In this document: piece after piece, positions 35,555 through 46,700 of the stretch
Numbering within the stretch: the stretch's first letter is position 1
Layout of the letters: each line of letters opens with the position of its first letter
Origin: Tubulanus polymorphus
Taxonomy: Eukaryota > Animalia > Nemertea
Reading direction: 5' to 3'
Length of the DNA: 64,000 nucleotides
Assembly (NCBI RefSeq): GCF_964204645.1
Contig: NC_134027.1
Coordinates: 12,928,485-12,992,484 of the forward strand
Translations under genes and position numbers: made by a program
The notes under the pieces: model-generated
What the model saw: the letters and a program-made list of their open reading frames with translations, nothing else
Told to the model about the DNA's origin: nothing
Database searches by the model: none

Positions 35555-36688
35555 TTATTCTAATTTTGTTTCTAATACATTTATAAAATCATCTTCGTTT
35601 ATATCAAATTCTCCATAAGTCTTTGGTATATTTATTGAGTTTAGTCGATCCATCATTAATCTATAATCAGTAGGCATATTAATTTTTTCTTTTATTTTTT
35701 CAAAGTTTTCATCAAAATCATAATAATAAAAATCAATATCATATCCAAAATTAATTATCAAATAAGTTGAATCTTTTCTTCTCACATATAATAATTTATA
35801 CATTTGTTCAAGATTATCGTTTGCATAATCTAAAAATTTATGTAATAACAAATTATAGAATATATCATATTGGTTAATATTATAATCAAAATATTTTATA
35901 TATTCTAAAGGGTTATTTAACAATGGTAACATACCCACTTTTTTATAAACATTAATTAGATGTAATTTTGATTTATAATGAGTAATTTTATCAACAGGTT
36001 CAATTTCTTTATTACAATAATCACATATTAATTCTTTTTCATTTTCTATGTGCCACTTAGATTTTTTATGTTTAGAAAAATTACTTTTAGAAATATCTAA
36101 ATTACAAATGTTACAATGTTTTTTAGAATCATCAATTATTTCATTATCTGTTATATCATTATCATTAGTTTCAATTGGGTTAACATTATTTATTACATTA
36201 TCTGTTATATTATCTATGGTATCATCAGTTTCAATTAGGTTAACATTATCTTTTATATTACTAACTGATATATTATTATCATTATTATTCTTTTCTTTTT
36301 CTATATGTTTCTTTGATTTCTTATGTGATGCCCAATTTTTATATGATATATATTTCTTACATACATCACAATATTTTTCATTTATCTTTTTGGTTTTGAT
36401 ATCAGGTTCAATCTTATCATAATTCGATGTAGAAGGTATAACATTATCTTCTATTTTAGATTCAATATTATCTTCTATTTTATATTCAATATCATTCTTA
36501 TCTTCTATTTTAGGTTCAATATTATCTTCTATTTTATATTCAATATTCTTATCTATTTTACTTATTCTATATTTGAATTGATTAAAGTAATCTCCAAAAT
36601 ACCTACTGTATTCATCATAAGGTAATATATAATATATATCTGATATCATTTCACTTGGAGATTGTATTTCATATATTCCACCTTCCAT
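35555..36688 (-). CDS. Zinc-finger protein (three CxxC...H.KSK.H fingers) with KIEDN repeats
   Basis: CDVCKK...HKKSKKH, CNIC...HKKSKWH and CDYC...HYKSKLH. Confidence 0.75.
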   Translation of the reverse strand: MEGGIYEIQSPSEMISDIYYILPYDEYSRYFGDYFNQFKYRISKIDKNIEYKIEDNIEPKIEDKNDIEYKIEDNIESKIEDNVIPSTSNYDKIEPDIKTKKINEKYCDVCKKYISYKNWASHKKSKKHIEKEKNNNDNNISVSNIKDNVNLIETDDTIDNITDNVINNVNPIETNDNDITDNEIIDDSKKHCNICNLDISKSNFSKHKKSKWHIENEKELICDYCNKEIEPVDKITHYKSKLHLINVYKKVGMLPLLNNPLEYIKYFDYNINQYDIFYNLLLHKFLDYANDNLEQMYKLLYVRRKDSTYLIINFGYDIDFYYYDFDENFEKIKEKINMPTDYRLMMDRLNSINIPKTYGEFDINEDDFINVLETKLE

Positions 36689-36720
36689 TTATTATATATA
36701 TTTTTATTAAAGTTAAAATT

Positions 36721-37968
36721 TTAATACATATCACTATCTAATTGTGAATTTACAATATTTAATTGCGCGTCAGATATAATATAAATGTGCATTTTGAAAT
36801 TTTTGATTCCCTTTTTCTTTGTCATGAATAATTGTATTACATCTTTAGTGTTCTGTAGTTTTTTTCCAGAACCATGTAATGAATTATCTTCAGTTGTTCT
36901 AAAATCTAACCATAATGCATATTTATTACCGGTATAATAATCAATTTGATTAATGTTACAATTTTCAAATGATTTTACTTTTTCATTCATAAAATGTTTT
37001 TTAATTTCTACCCATTGATCAATCATTCTCATTCCTTGACAAAATATTTTATTCGCTATTCCTTCGATAGTTATTTCTACTTTTGCTATTTCAGGATTAT
37101 AATAATTGTCAACATTTATTGCACCATTAGTATACGTTCCAATGGTAAAAAATATTAATATACCTTTAATAGATCTTCTAGGAAAGTTAATATTCTCATT
37201 AATTATTTCATCATTTGCATTAATAGTTACAGTTTTAAATTTATCAATATAATCATATAATAATGAAAATCCTTGATTGTATTGGGTTTGAATTATACTT
37301 GAAATATTTTCATCAGTTACTGTATCATATTCTAAACATATATTCGATAATTTATAACTCATATCTTTATTAACGCTAGATAATACAATTTCATTTACAG
37401 GAGCAAATGTTATCTCAAATATAACGTCTTCTTGAATTGCGCATTTATATAAAGGTGCATTATTATTTATCAATTCAAAGTCTAATGGAATTTTATATTT
37501 GCTTCCATATATACTTTTTATCAATTTATCTACATCATTAGTTAATATTGCGCTATTAGCTTCTGATCTTAATTTATTTTGGTTTTCTGATTGAATTCCT
37601 TGAAATATCATATTATTTCTATTTTCTTTAGTTAACCATAAATCTTTATAATGTGAAAATAAATTATAATCATCTAATGAGAAAACTGTTTCTGGACCAA
37701 TCTTTATTGTTAACTTTTTAATCAAATATCTTCCAACATTATCAACAACATAATTATTATTATTACCGATTACTTTTATATAAGCTGATAAATAAATACT
37801 GTTTGGAACATAAAAAGTATTTTGTGTTAATCGAGGGATTCTAACGTATAAAGTTTCATCGGGATTAATATTTGAAGGGTTATGAGTAATTATATGATGT
37901 GATCTTTCTGCTTTAATAGCATTAGATATTCTATGATTCTTCGAAGGACTTATATAACTCCCACTCAT
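36721..37968 (-). CDS. Putative double jelly-roll major capsid protein
   Basis: 415 aa, beta-strand-rich pattern (LSNICLEYD, N.PRRSIKGILIFF, YALWLDFR), conserved in all three elements, next to ATPase and integrase. The fold is inferred, not computed. Confidence 0.75.
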   Translation of the reverse strand: MSGSYISPSKNHRISNAIKAERSHHIITHNPSNINPDETLYVRIPRLTQNTFYVPNSIYLSAYIKVIGNNNNYVVDNVGRYLIKKLTIKIGPETVFSLDDYNLFSHYKDLWLTKENRNNMIFQGIQSENQNKLRSEANSAILTNDVDKLIKSIYGSKYKIPLDFELINNNAPLYKCAIQEDVIFEITFAPVNEIVLSSVNKDMSYKLSNICLEYDTVTDENISSIIQTQYNQGFSLLYDYIDKFKTVTINANDEIINENINFPRRSIKGILIFFTIGTYTNGAINVDNYYNPEIAKVEITIEGIANKIFCQGMRMIDQWVEIKKHFMNEKVKSFENCNINQIDYYTGNKYALWLDFRTTEDNSLHGSGKKLQNTKDVIQLFMTKKKGIKNFKMHIYIISDAQLNIVNSQLDSDMY

Positions 37969-38012
37969 TTATTTAACAAAAAAATTAATTATTTATTTTT
38001 TGATATCATGGT

Positions 38013-39725
38013 TCACTTGATATTTTTTGATATCATATTTACTAAACCAAAAATAATAGCACTTACAACTGTAATTAAAAATAAAATAATATGTTCAGCA
38101 GCAAAGTTAATAATGTTTCCTGCAGATTTCAATATAAAACCAACAATTGAAGCAATAACTCCTGGCAATGCTGCAGCAGATTTTTTAGATAGTTCCCATA
38201 AATATTTTGCTAATTTCTTTAAACCATCTTTAACTTTATCTTGTATAGAATTATTACCTGGAGGTTTATCTGGTTTATTGGGGGTGGGAGTAGGAGTAGA
38301 TTTTAAAGCATTTGATATTGCTAAACCAATTGTTGTAAATAACATAGTTACAGCTGTTAGAATTGAAAGAATTGTTATACCTTCTAATTTAAATAATAAT
38401 CTTATTCTATCTTTCAATGATATTTCAGAATCTGGTTTAATCAACAAATCTTTAAAAATAACTTTTAATTTTTTAATATGATTAAGATCATATGATTTTA
38501 ATAATATATCTCTTTCTTCTTTTTGTAATTTTATGTTATATTCTAAATCATCTATTTCTTTTACTAAAGCTAACTTTCTGCTTTCAAAATCAGCTTCATA
38601 AACTACTTGATGATCTCTATTTAATTCTAATTGTTTTAATTCTTCATCTACATTAACTAATTCTTTTTCTAATATGGTTATTTTAGAAAATCTCATCTTA
38701 ATATTAGCAATTTCATCAGCTGATACTTGTATACCTTTAATTTCTCTACGTATTTGTTTAGGAAATGCTTCTAATTCTTCATCAGTTAAATTAAGAAATC
38801 CTTTTTCTAGTAAATATTGCAGTCGATTTATTCCAGTTTCAGAACCAGATGTATCTGATATACTATTCATCAGTTCTTCTGAATCTCTTAATCTATCAAT
38901 TTGTTTTTCTAATTGTAATTTACTTGAATAATTATCAATTTGTTGAGTGTCTCTTCTCGATGTTTCGGGTGTTGAAGATCTCAATCTATCTAATCGATTT
39001 CTATTCTCTTCCATTTCTGGATTAAAATCAGTAGGATTTGGATTTGGATTTTTAAATGGTGAATATTTGTTTATATCAATATTCGGAATTGGTTCTTCTT
39101 CATTTACTCTATCGAGTGCATTCCATATAATTCTGAGAAATTCTGTGCCACCTTTTGAACGTTCAATTGTAGATGTTGCTCGCATTTCAGGTTCATAAAT
39201 ATTTTCTTGACCCATTTTAGATAATTGAATTGTTACAATATTCCTATTTAAATCAAGATTATAATACCATGCATCATTTTTAAATTCTAAATTATTTGTG
39301 AAATATGGGTCATCTTTAAAAATTTGATCTACAACACCTTCTGTATCAATTTCATGTATTACAACTGTTGGTAATAATTCGTTAACAATTGTATCTGTTA
39401 CTCTAGATTTCATTTTAAATAATTCCAAACGTTCATCAGGATATTTTTCTTGTTGTTTTTCTAATACATTCATTAATTCTTTTCTTTCTGTTCTAGTTGT
39501 AATACTATCACTTTTAGGAGCTTCTAAATATTTATTTAATTTTTCACGTACTTCGGCATTAATTCCATCATCATCATAATCATCATCTTCACCTAAATTA
39601 GTATTATATTCTGGCTCATTACCGTCATTAAAACTTGTTTCACTAAAATCGGGTTGTTGTTCATCACTTATACCAGGTTCATCTAAAGGATCCAATGGAA
39701 TATCTTCTCCACCTTCTACATCCAT
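38013..39725 (-). CDS. 570-aa acidic/coiled-coil protein with three C-terminal hydrophobic segments
   Basis: Heptad-rich region followed by hydrophobic helices; homologs in A and C. Confidence 0.8.
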   Translation of the reverse strand: MDVEGGEDIPLDPLDEPGISDEQQPDFSETSFNDGNEPEYNTNLGEDDDYDDDGINAEVREKLNKYLEAPKSDSITTRTERKELMNVLEKQQEKYPDERLELFKMKSRVTDTIVNELLPTVVIHEIDTEGVVDQIFKDDPYFTNNLEFKNDAWYYNLDLNRNIVTIQLSKMGQENIYEPEMRATSTIERSKGGTEFLRIIWNALDRVNEEEPIPNIDINKYSPFKNPNPNPTDFNPEMEENRNRLDRLRSSTPETSRRDTQQIDNYSSKLQLEKQIDRLRDSEELMNSISDTSGSETGINRLQYLLEKGFLNLTDEELEAFPKQIRREIKGIQVSADEIANIKMRFSKITILEKELVNVDEELKQLELNRDHQVVYEADFESRKLALVKEIDDLEYNIKLQKEERDILLKSYDLNHIKKLKVIFKDLLIKPDSEISLKDRIRLLFKLEGITILSILTAVTMLFTTIGLAISNALKSTPTPTPNKPDKPPGNNSIQDKVKDGLKKLAKYLWELSKKSAAALPGVIASIVGFILKSAGNIINFAAEHIILFLITVVSAIIFGLVNMISKNIK

Positions 39726-39741
39726 TTACATAATAAAAAAA

Positions 39742-41129
39742 TTAAAATTTAAAATATAATATTCCTCCGATTACAATTCCTATACAAGTTATAGCTAATT
39801 TAGTATTTTCATGGGATTTATTATCATCATTTAATTTAATTATATCATGTTGAATTTTATCAGTTTTTATATTTTCTGATGTATTGTAATCTTTTATTTT
39901 GGAATCATTATTTAATTTGATATTTTTAGTTTTAGTTTCTGTTGATTGAATGTGTTTTTTATTTTTTCACCTTCCATTAATTTTGGAGCAGTAATAATCT
40001 TTTTATTTATATCATTCAATCCAAATGAATTATTTATTGTTGCAGTTTTAATTAGATTATTATAACCAATTATATTTCCCATCTTTAATACTAAATCATT
40101 AGAAATAATTAATAGATTAGGGCCTATACAATAATTAAGTCTTACATGAGATTTATCTAAATAATTTTGATATCTTATAATGTTTTCTGGAATCGATCTA
40201 TTTTTATCATTATGTATGGAATCTTCAAATAAAACTTTAAATTGTTTTTGTGTATCGAATGATGTATTCAAATTTCCAATTATCGGTGATCTTGTTTCAA
40301 CTTGTGATCCTAGAATACAAATCAAATAAGTTCTAATAGATTGATTTATTCTTTCTATACCTGATTTAGTAAAACCTTCACTATTCTCTAAAATAAAATA
40401 AACCCAACCATTATTGTTTTCTTGTTTTAAATTATCATAAAATTTTGGTAATTTATTGAAATTTAATGTTTCTAAATCTTTTGTTTCTATTTTACCATAA
40501 CCTAATTTATTATTATAGATATTATAAAAACTATTAGATGGTATGGGAAGTGCACAATATTCTGCAATCTTTCTAGGGCATGGAAGTGATCTTATTGTTC
40601 CAATTTTTGTTCTAAAATCAGAATTATTTATATCTATATTAAATTCATTACAAATCTTATAAAACTTTGATAAATTAATATTATTATCTAATTCTTTGAA
40701 ATACCTAGATCCTGGTAAAGCGCACTCTAATTCATTTAATATTATTCTTATTTGAAAGTATGTATGAAATCTAAATAAACTTTGAATTAATTTATATTTA
40801 GAATTATTCAAATGATCATTCCAACTAATTCCACATCCTGTTGTTGCACAATAAACAGCAAAATTTAATTGATTCTGCCAATACTTCATATTAGATTTTA
40901 ATAACCATTGTTTTTCATCTTTCAATTTTTTAAAATTAATTAAATATACATGAAATATATTTTCCATCTTTGCATTAAAATTATTAGTTTCAGTAACATA
41001 AATTTCTAAATTAGTTAATGAATCTAAAACTTCATTTCTATATGTAATATCTTTATTAAAATCTATTGCTGGAATATTATATTTAATTGATTTATTATAT
41101 TGGAAAGCTTTTGGAAAACTATCTACCAT
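39742..41129 (-). CDS. Conserved protein (WQNQLNFAVYCATTGCG); C-terminal TM tail separated by a frameshift near 39960
   Basis: ORF 39912-41129; downstream sequence matches the element A tail encoding ...LTCIGIVIGGILYFKF. Confidence 0.75.
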
Positions 41130-41146
41130 TTATATAATTAAAAAAA

Positions 41147-41587
41147 TTAATAATTTATTAATTCTTTTAATAATTTATCTTGTTCTTCAACTGTTATATG
41201 ACCATTTAAACTTATTATATAATCTAGTGTGTTCTTTAATTTATTAATTTCTTTTATATTAGATTTTATTTTTTCTTTATTACTTTTTATATTTAATTTT
41301 GAACTTAAGTTTGAACCAGTTAAAACACTTGAACTTAATCCTAATACACCAATTGATATAGCTAAAGGTGTTAATGGGCTGAATATTGCTAGAAATGTTA
41401 TTACAGAACTAATTGTAACCGAACCACTAATAATAAGATAATATATAATTTTGCTTTTTAAATATTTTTTCTTTTTTATCTTTAAGTCACTTTCAAATTC
41501 TAATATTTGTTTTTCTAAATATATTTTTAATTTAGTTTTATTTATATCATGAGGAATAATATCAATACTATCAACTTTATCTTCCAT
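41147..41587 (-). CDS. Two-TM membrane protein
   Basis: Homolog of 7963-8370. Confidence 0.75.
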   Translation of the reverse strand: MEDKVDSIDIIPHDINKTKLKIYLEKQILEFESDLKIKKKKYLKSKIIYYLIISGSVTISSVITFLAIFSPLTPLAISIGVLGLSSSVLTGSNLSSKLNIKSNKEKIKSNIKEINKLKNTLDYIISLNGHITVEEQDKLLKELINY

Positions 41588-41607
41588 TTATTTAGCAAAA
41601 AAAATTA

Positions 41608-42030
41608 CTAATTAGTAAACTTATAAGCAACAAATATAACAATAACTGTTCCACCTAAAATCCAAATTATTTCATATTTCTGTTGTTCTTTACTTGGGGT
41701 ATAATAATCTGATAATTTAGGTTTGTATAGATGTAATTTTTCTTTATTTGTTACTGCGTTATATAAACTCATTGCATCATCAACTGATTGAAAATCTCTA
41801 TGTGAAATCTTCTGATCATATAATTCTTTATTGATGTAATCCATATAGTTTTGTCTCTTTTCTCTATATTCTTCTGCAGCTTTATTGTATTTCTCTAACG
41901 CTAAGTTATGTCTTCTTTGTTCTCCTAATGAACTATTTTTATCAATATGTTTAAATAAATAACCACCACCAGTAAATGCTAAAGCGTTAACAATTGCCGA
42001 TCCTATAATAGTTATAATTGCAGAAGCCAT
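41608..42030 (-). CDS. Conserved 140-aa hydrophobic-ended protein
   Basis: Homolog of 8390-8812. Confidence 0.8.
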   Translation of the reverse strand: MASAIITIIGSAIVNALAFTGGGYLFKHIDKNSSLGEQRRHNLALEKYNKAAEEYREKRQNYMDYINKELYDQKISHRDFQSVDDAMSLYNAVTNKEKLHLYKPKLSDYYTPSKEQQKYEIIWILGGTVIVIFVAYKFTN

Positions 42031-42054
42031 TTATTTAGCAAAAAAATTATGCAT

Positions 42055-42276
42055 TTATATGGGAGGAATATATTTTTGTTTTTCTAAATAATCAATAGTT
42101 AAATTAGATAAAGTAACTGCTAATGTTAATTTTAAAATATCATTTATATCAAATCTATCAACATTAACACTTCCCATTTTAAATACTTTTTTTAATACCA
42201 TTGAATAACCAACAGTTCCAACTGATAGTAATGCGCCATTATATAATCCAGTTATTATCCACTTATTATCACTCAT
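42055..42276 (-). CDS. Conserved 73-aa hydrophobic protein
   Basis: Homolog of 8837-9058. Confidence 0.75.
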   Translation of the reverse strand: MSDNKWIITGLYNGALLSVGTVGYSMVLKKVFKMGSVNVDRFDINDILKLTLAVTLSNLTIDYLEKQKYIPPI

Positions 42277-42624
42277 TTATTTATCAAAAAAATTACTATC
42301 ATCAAAATATTTAGTTAACTTATTTATGATTAATTCAACATTTATTTCATTACTAGTTTTATGATTATCATATATTTTGGATAATATGTTTTTGATATCA
42401 TCAATAATTCCATCTTCATTTAATTCATAAAATCTTAAAGACTCGGTAATCTTTTCTACATTAAAAGTTTCTTTATCAATTGTTGTTTCATACTCAAATG
42501 TTGTTTCATTAGAAAATGCAATATTTTTGATATGTGTAATTACATCATTAATGTTAAATTTCATTTCTTTCTCACGTTTAAAATCAAACCCAAAACATAT
42601 ACTCGGTCCAACAGTTATATTCAT
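42277..42624 (-). CDS. Conserved hypothetical protein
   Basis: Homolog of 9062-9415. Confidence 0.75.
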   Translation of the reverse strand: MNITVGPSICFGFDFKREKEMKFNINDVITHIKNIAFSNETTFEYETTIDKETFNVEKITESLRFYELNEDGIIDDIKNILSKIYDNHKTSNEINVELIINKLTKYFDDSNFFDK

Positions 42625-42640
42625 TTATATAGGTGAAAAA

Positions 42641-43396
42641 TTACTCTTTACATCTTATAACTAATTCATAAATTACAGGGAAATTATTCAAATCAATTAA
42701 GTATCCATTATGATTTCTTATTTCTAATTTAAAATTATTAAATTGAGGAATACAAGGTTTAAAATCACATTCAGCTAAATTATAATTTATTTGCGTTCCA
42801 AATTGTTTAACATTCTTCAATGGTAAAATGTTTAATATACTAGAATTACAAGTTATATCTTTAGTTGCTTCGAATGTTTTTGTAGGATCGATTAAATTGC
42901 AATAAATATAAAAATGTGTAAAAGTCATTAAATTTGTATAAGTTTCGATACTTGAATAATCTCTATCCGGGAGAATTCCAAACAGTTTAGCTAAAGGTTT
43001 TCTTACTAGAAATCTATGTTGTTCATTAGTTAACTTTATTCTTATTTTATTCGAACTATCATTTTTGATAAATTTAATTTCAAATCTAGCAGCTGCACCC
43101 ATTTTTAAACGAGCTCTTCTATTAATTTCTTGCGCTAATGTTTCTAAATTATATAATCCTGGTTTTAGATAAAGATGAAACCATTTATTCAAATTTCTAA
43201 CATGAATTTTAAAAGCTAAATGATCAAGACTTTTATTTGATATATTATGAAAAGAATTACATAAACTTATATTTACTAATTTTAAATCTACACAATTCTT
43301 GAATTCTCTATCTAATTGTACTAGTAAATTATGAGATTTATAATTTGTAAGTTTTCTAGAATCAACAAATATTCTGTATTCTTTTAATTCCACCAT
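42641..43396 (-). CDS. Putative minor capsid (penton-like) protein
   Basis: 251 aa with IFVDS N-terminus, LKPGLYN, and FYIYCNLID...LEIRNHNGYLIDLN C-terminus. Confidence 0.72.
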   Translation of the reverse strand: MVELKEYRIFVDSRKLTNYKSHNLLVQLDREFKNCVDLKLVNISLCNSFHNISNKSLDHLAFKIHVRNLNKWFHLYLKPGLYNLETLAQEINRRARLKMGAAARFEIKFIKNDSSNKIRIKLTNEQHRFLVRKPLAKLFGILPDRDYSSIETYTNLMTFTHFYIYCNLIDPTKTFEATKDITCNSSILNILPLKNVKQFGTQINYNLAECDFKPCIPQFNNFKLEIRNHNGYLIDLNNFPVIYELVIRCKE

Positions 43397-43411
43397 TTAT
43401 TTTACATATTT

Positions 43412-43753
43412 TCATTCAAAATCAATATCGTGGTGCCCTTTTTCATTCTTACCTTTGTATACGAAATAGAAATCTCCAGAACATAATTCTTCTAGATCTT
43501 CACTTGATAATCTATGAAATCTATCTGGTAAATAAGTTCTGAATTTATATTTATTTCCTTTTAATCCTTCATATTCTAAATGAATTACTAATTTATCTCC
43601 ATATTTATTAGTAATTGTTTCAATGTTAGTAATTAAATATTTCTTGTGAATTGTTAACTCAGTTAGTTTTTTAAATTTATAATCTACAGATTTGACGCTT
43701 GAAGTATCTTTAATTCTATCTAAGAATTCACTGTGTACTTGTTTACTCTCCAT
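43412..43753 (-). CDS. Small protein, possible ssDNA-binding protein
   Basis: Homolog of 386-712; lies directly downstream of PolB. Confidence 0.55.
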   Translation of the reverse strand: MESKQVHSEFLDRIKDTSSVKSVDYKFKKLTELTIHKKYLITNIETITNKYGDKLVIHLEYEGLKGNKYKFRTYLPDRFHRLSSEDLEELCSGDFYFVYKGKNEKGHHDIDFE

Positions 43754-43781
43754 TTATTATACAAATTTTTATTGAAATTGA

Positions 43782-46700
43782 TTAACACGCTAGAATCCTT
43801 TTCATAATCTCATTTTCTTTTGTTTCTTCTCTTTTGAATTTTATATATTCATCTAAATTGCAACCATAGGCGACTGTGTGGATTCCATCATCTAAAATAT
43901 ATCTTTTATCATCAAATGGATTCAAACTTATCTTCTCTATCTCTTCAATATACATTTCATGATCTTCAGATCTTAAACATTTCATCTTATGTTTTCTAAC
44001 TTCTTCATTAAATATACAATTGATGTAATCTTTAAAATGAATATTCTTTTCAACAACGCTTTTGGTAATTCCTTTTAACTTTTTAGCTTCATGAGTTTTG
44101 GTTTTATATGAATACATTTTAGATCTAATACCAATGAACTCTATCATTTCTTCACCACCTAATTCATCCTTAAACTTCCCAGGAACTTTTTTATTATCAT
44201 TGGTAAACAATTCATGATTTTTTGGATAGTTACTGAAATCAAAATGGTGTTTTAATGTTTTTAAATCATCAGTTATGTTATCAGTTTTTATCTTTAATAT
44301 GTAAGAATCTGTATCAAAGTATAGTATTTCTATGTGTTTTTCTCCAAAATGGGGTTGTAATATGTTATAGTAAAATTTATACATTAATAACTTTGATAAT
44401 TCTAAAACAGTCGAACCATTAAATATAGGTTTATTGAATTTAATAGACGTTCTCCTCATTTTAACTGCAGCTAAATTTTCATCAAATATTCTGTTACCTA
44501 TAAACTTAGGATATGATTGTAAATGCCTTATCCTTTTACCATTACTAACTAACTCAATATCATTTCTATTTCTAATATTTTCACAAGTTTTTCCATAGAA
44601 TGCATTATTCATTAACTTAAAAATCTTTTTCAAAATCGGTTTTAGATTTAGTTCTCTGTGTAGTATTAAAATCTATATATTTTTCTAACCATTTAGATTG
44701 ACTGAATGAAATATATCTATGTACTTTTTTTAATATCATTCCTTGTCTCAAATAAAACTTTAACATTCTATAATGTACTACATAATTATATTTATCTTCT
44801 TGAGTTACCATTAACTTTTCAGTATGAATATGATTATCGGGTTTAATTCTTTTTTGATAATTTGATAATTTTTCATGTTTAACAGTTTTATGTTCGGGAC
44901 AATATGCTAGATTTCTAGATTTGAATTTAATATTTTCAGGGTATTCTAAATCTACAACGAAGAAGTAACCAATATCTGAATCATCTGCAATATCTAGGAT
45001 TCTTTTCTTCCAATCAAATTTATCAATTTGTAAAACTTCAGTTATTTCAAACATCCCATAAGGTTGTGGTTCCATCATTGCCCAACCATAAAGATTATTT
45101 GCATCTATGTATAATAATTTATATCCAGGATTATCATTTACATTGAAATATCTATCACCCAATACACCTGAAACACCTCCTCTTATAGATTTTTCAAATA
45201 ATAGTAATTGATCTATATCTGTTAACAAATCCATTTTTATATCTGTACATTTTAAACCACAATCCCATGTTAATCCTGGGCTAGAATAACAATGACATGG
45301 ATCAATATTAAAATATTTTAGGTTTACATCTCTAAACCTTTCGAATATATCGGTTAATAATAATACATCTGATTTTAAATATAAATCTACTAATTGTCCA
45401 TGATTTTTAATTTCGAAATGATTCCAAATATTCAATGTTCTATTATAGACTTCATCTTTAACATATTCATTTTTTAATTCATCATAGAATTGTTCTTTCA
45501 ATAATTCAGTTATTTTAAAATCATTATGATTTTTATAGAAAGAATATGGAATTGCTCCTTTATATCTCATTAATTTAAAATCATCATTATTTGGATAGTG
45601 TTGCTTTAATATTTTTAATTCATCATCAACTAATGATTTTGATAAGTTATCTAATGAACTATTTAAAAATCTATATGAATCTATAAATCTTAGACAACCA
45701 AATTGGAATGATATATAATTCTCAGATGTTTTAGCTAACATTCTAAATTTATAAGTTGGTATTTTATCTTTTGATCTATTTGAATTTAATATTTCTATTT
45801 CATTATTGATTTCTTCTATTTTATAACATAGCTGTTTGATAAATAAATGTGCATCATATCCTGATAGATTATGAAATATAACTGGTACAAAATTAATTTT
45901 CTTAGCTTGTAAGTTACAATTCTCATGTGCAGCGCCTCTAAACTTTCCATTCAAATGATCATGGTCTCTTACTTTTTTATCTTTATAATTAAATATCTTT
46001 TCACAATAATAACATTTATCAGCAAACTCAAATTCTTCTTTATCTTCTTCTGTCATTATAATTTCTTTATTTTCATTTAACTTTTCATTAAATTTTATTT
46101 CATATTCAATTAATAAGTCACAAAAATGATTGATAACATTTTCATTTCTGTAATTATAATATTCACTTTCAATTAGTTCTGGATAATTAGATTTAATATA
46201 TAACCCGAAAGCAGCAGCTGATTGATGAATCTTTTTAATTGTATTTGTTTTTGGTGGTTCTTCTGAATAATCATTTTCATTAGAATTTAATTTCTTTCTT
46301 TTATAATATATATCTTTTCTATCTTTATCTGTTAATTCTTTATTTAATGATTCAAAATCTCCATATATTACAAATGGTACTTTATTTTTGTAATCATATT
46401 TTTTGAATTCTAATATTTTATCTTTTTCATTTGGTAAAACTAATTTACAATAATCATGATTATCACATAGTTGTTTATGATTTAATAATGTACTTTCATT
46501 ACTAAATTTATGTAAACATTTTCTACATAGATATATTTTATTATGGTGATCACTTTCTGTTCTAAAAAATAAATCTATTTGTTTAATCCACATATAATGA
46601 TTCTCATAATATAGTATATCTATAACATCATTTGAATCATAATCTTTTGATAGGTATAAAGGTTCTAATGTATAATGTTTAATATTATTTCCTTTTGTAT

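Noticed and set aside
37933-39198. Plus-strand ORFs antisense to Polinton genes (also 5371, 8045, 9810, 12927, 36048, 41229, 62940)
   Set aside because: They are shadow ORFs opposite well-supported genes, mostly with non-ATG starts and no motifs.
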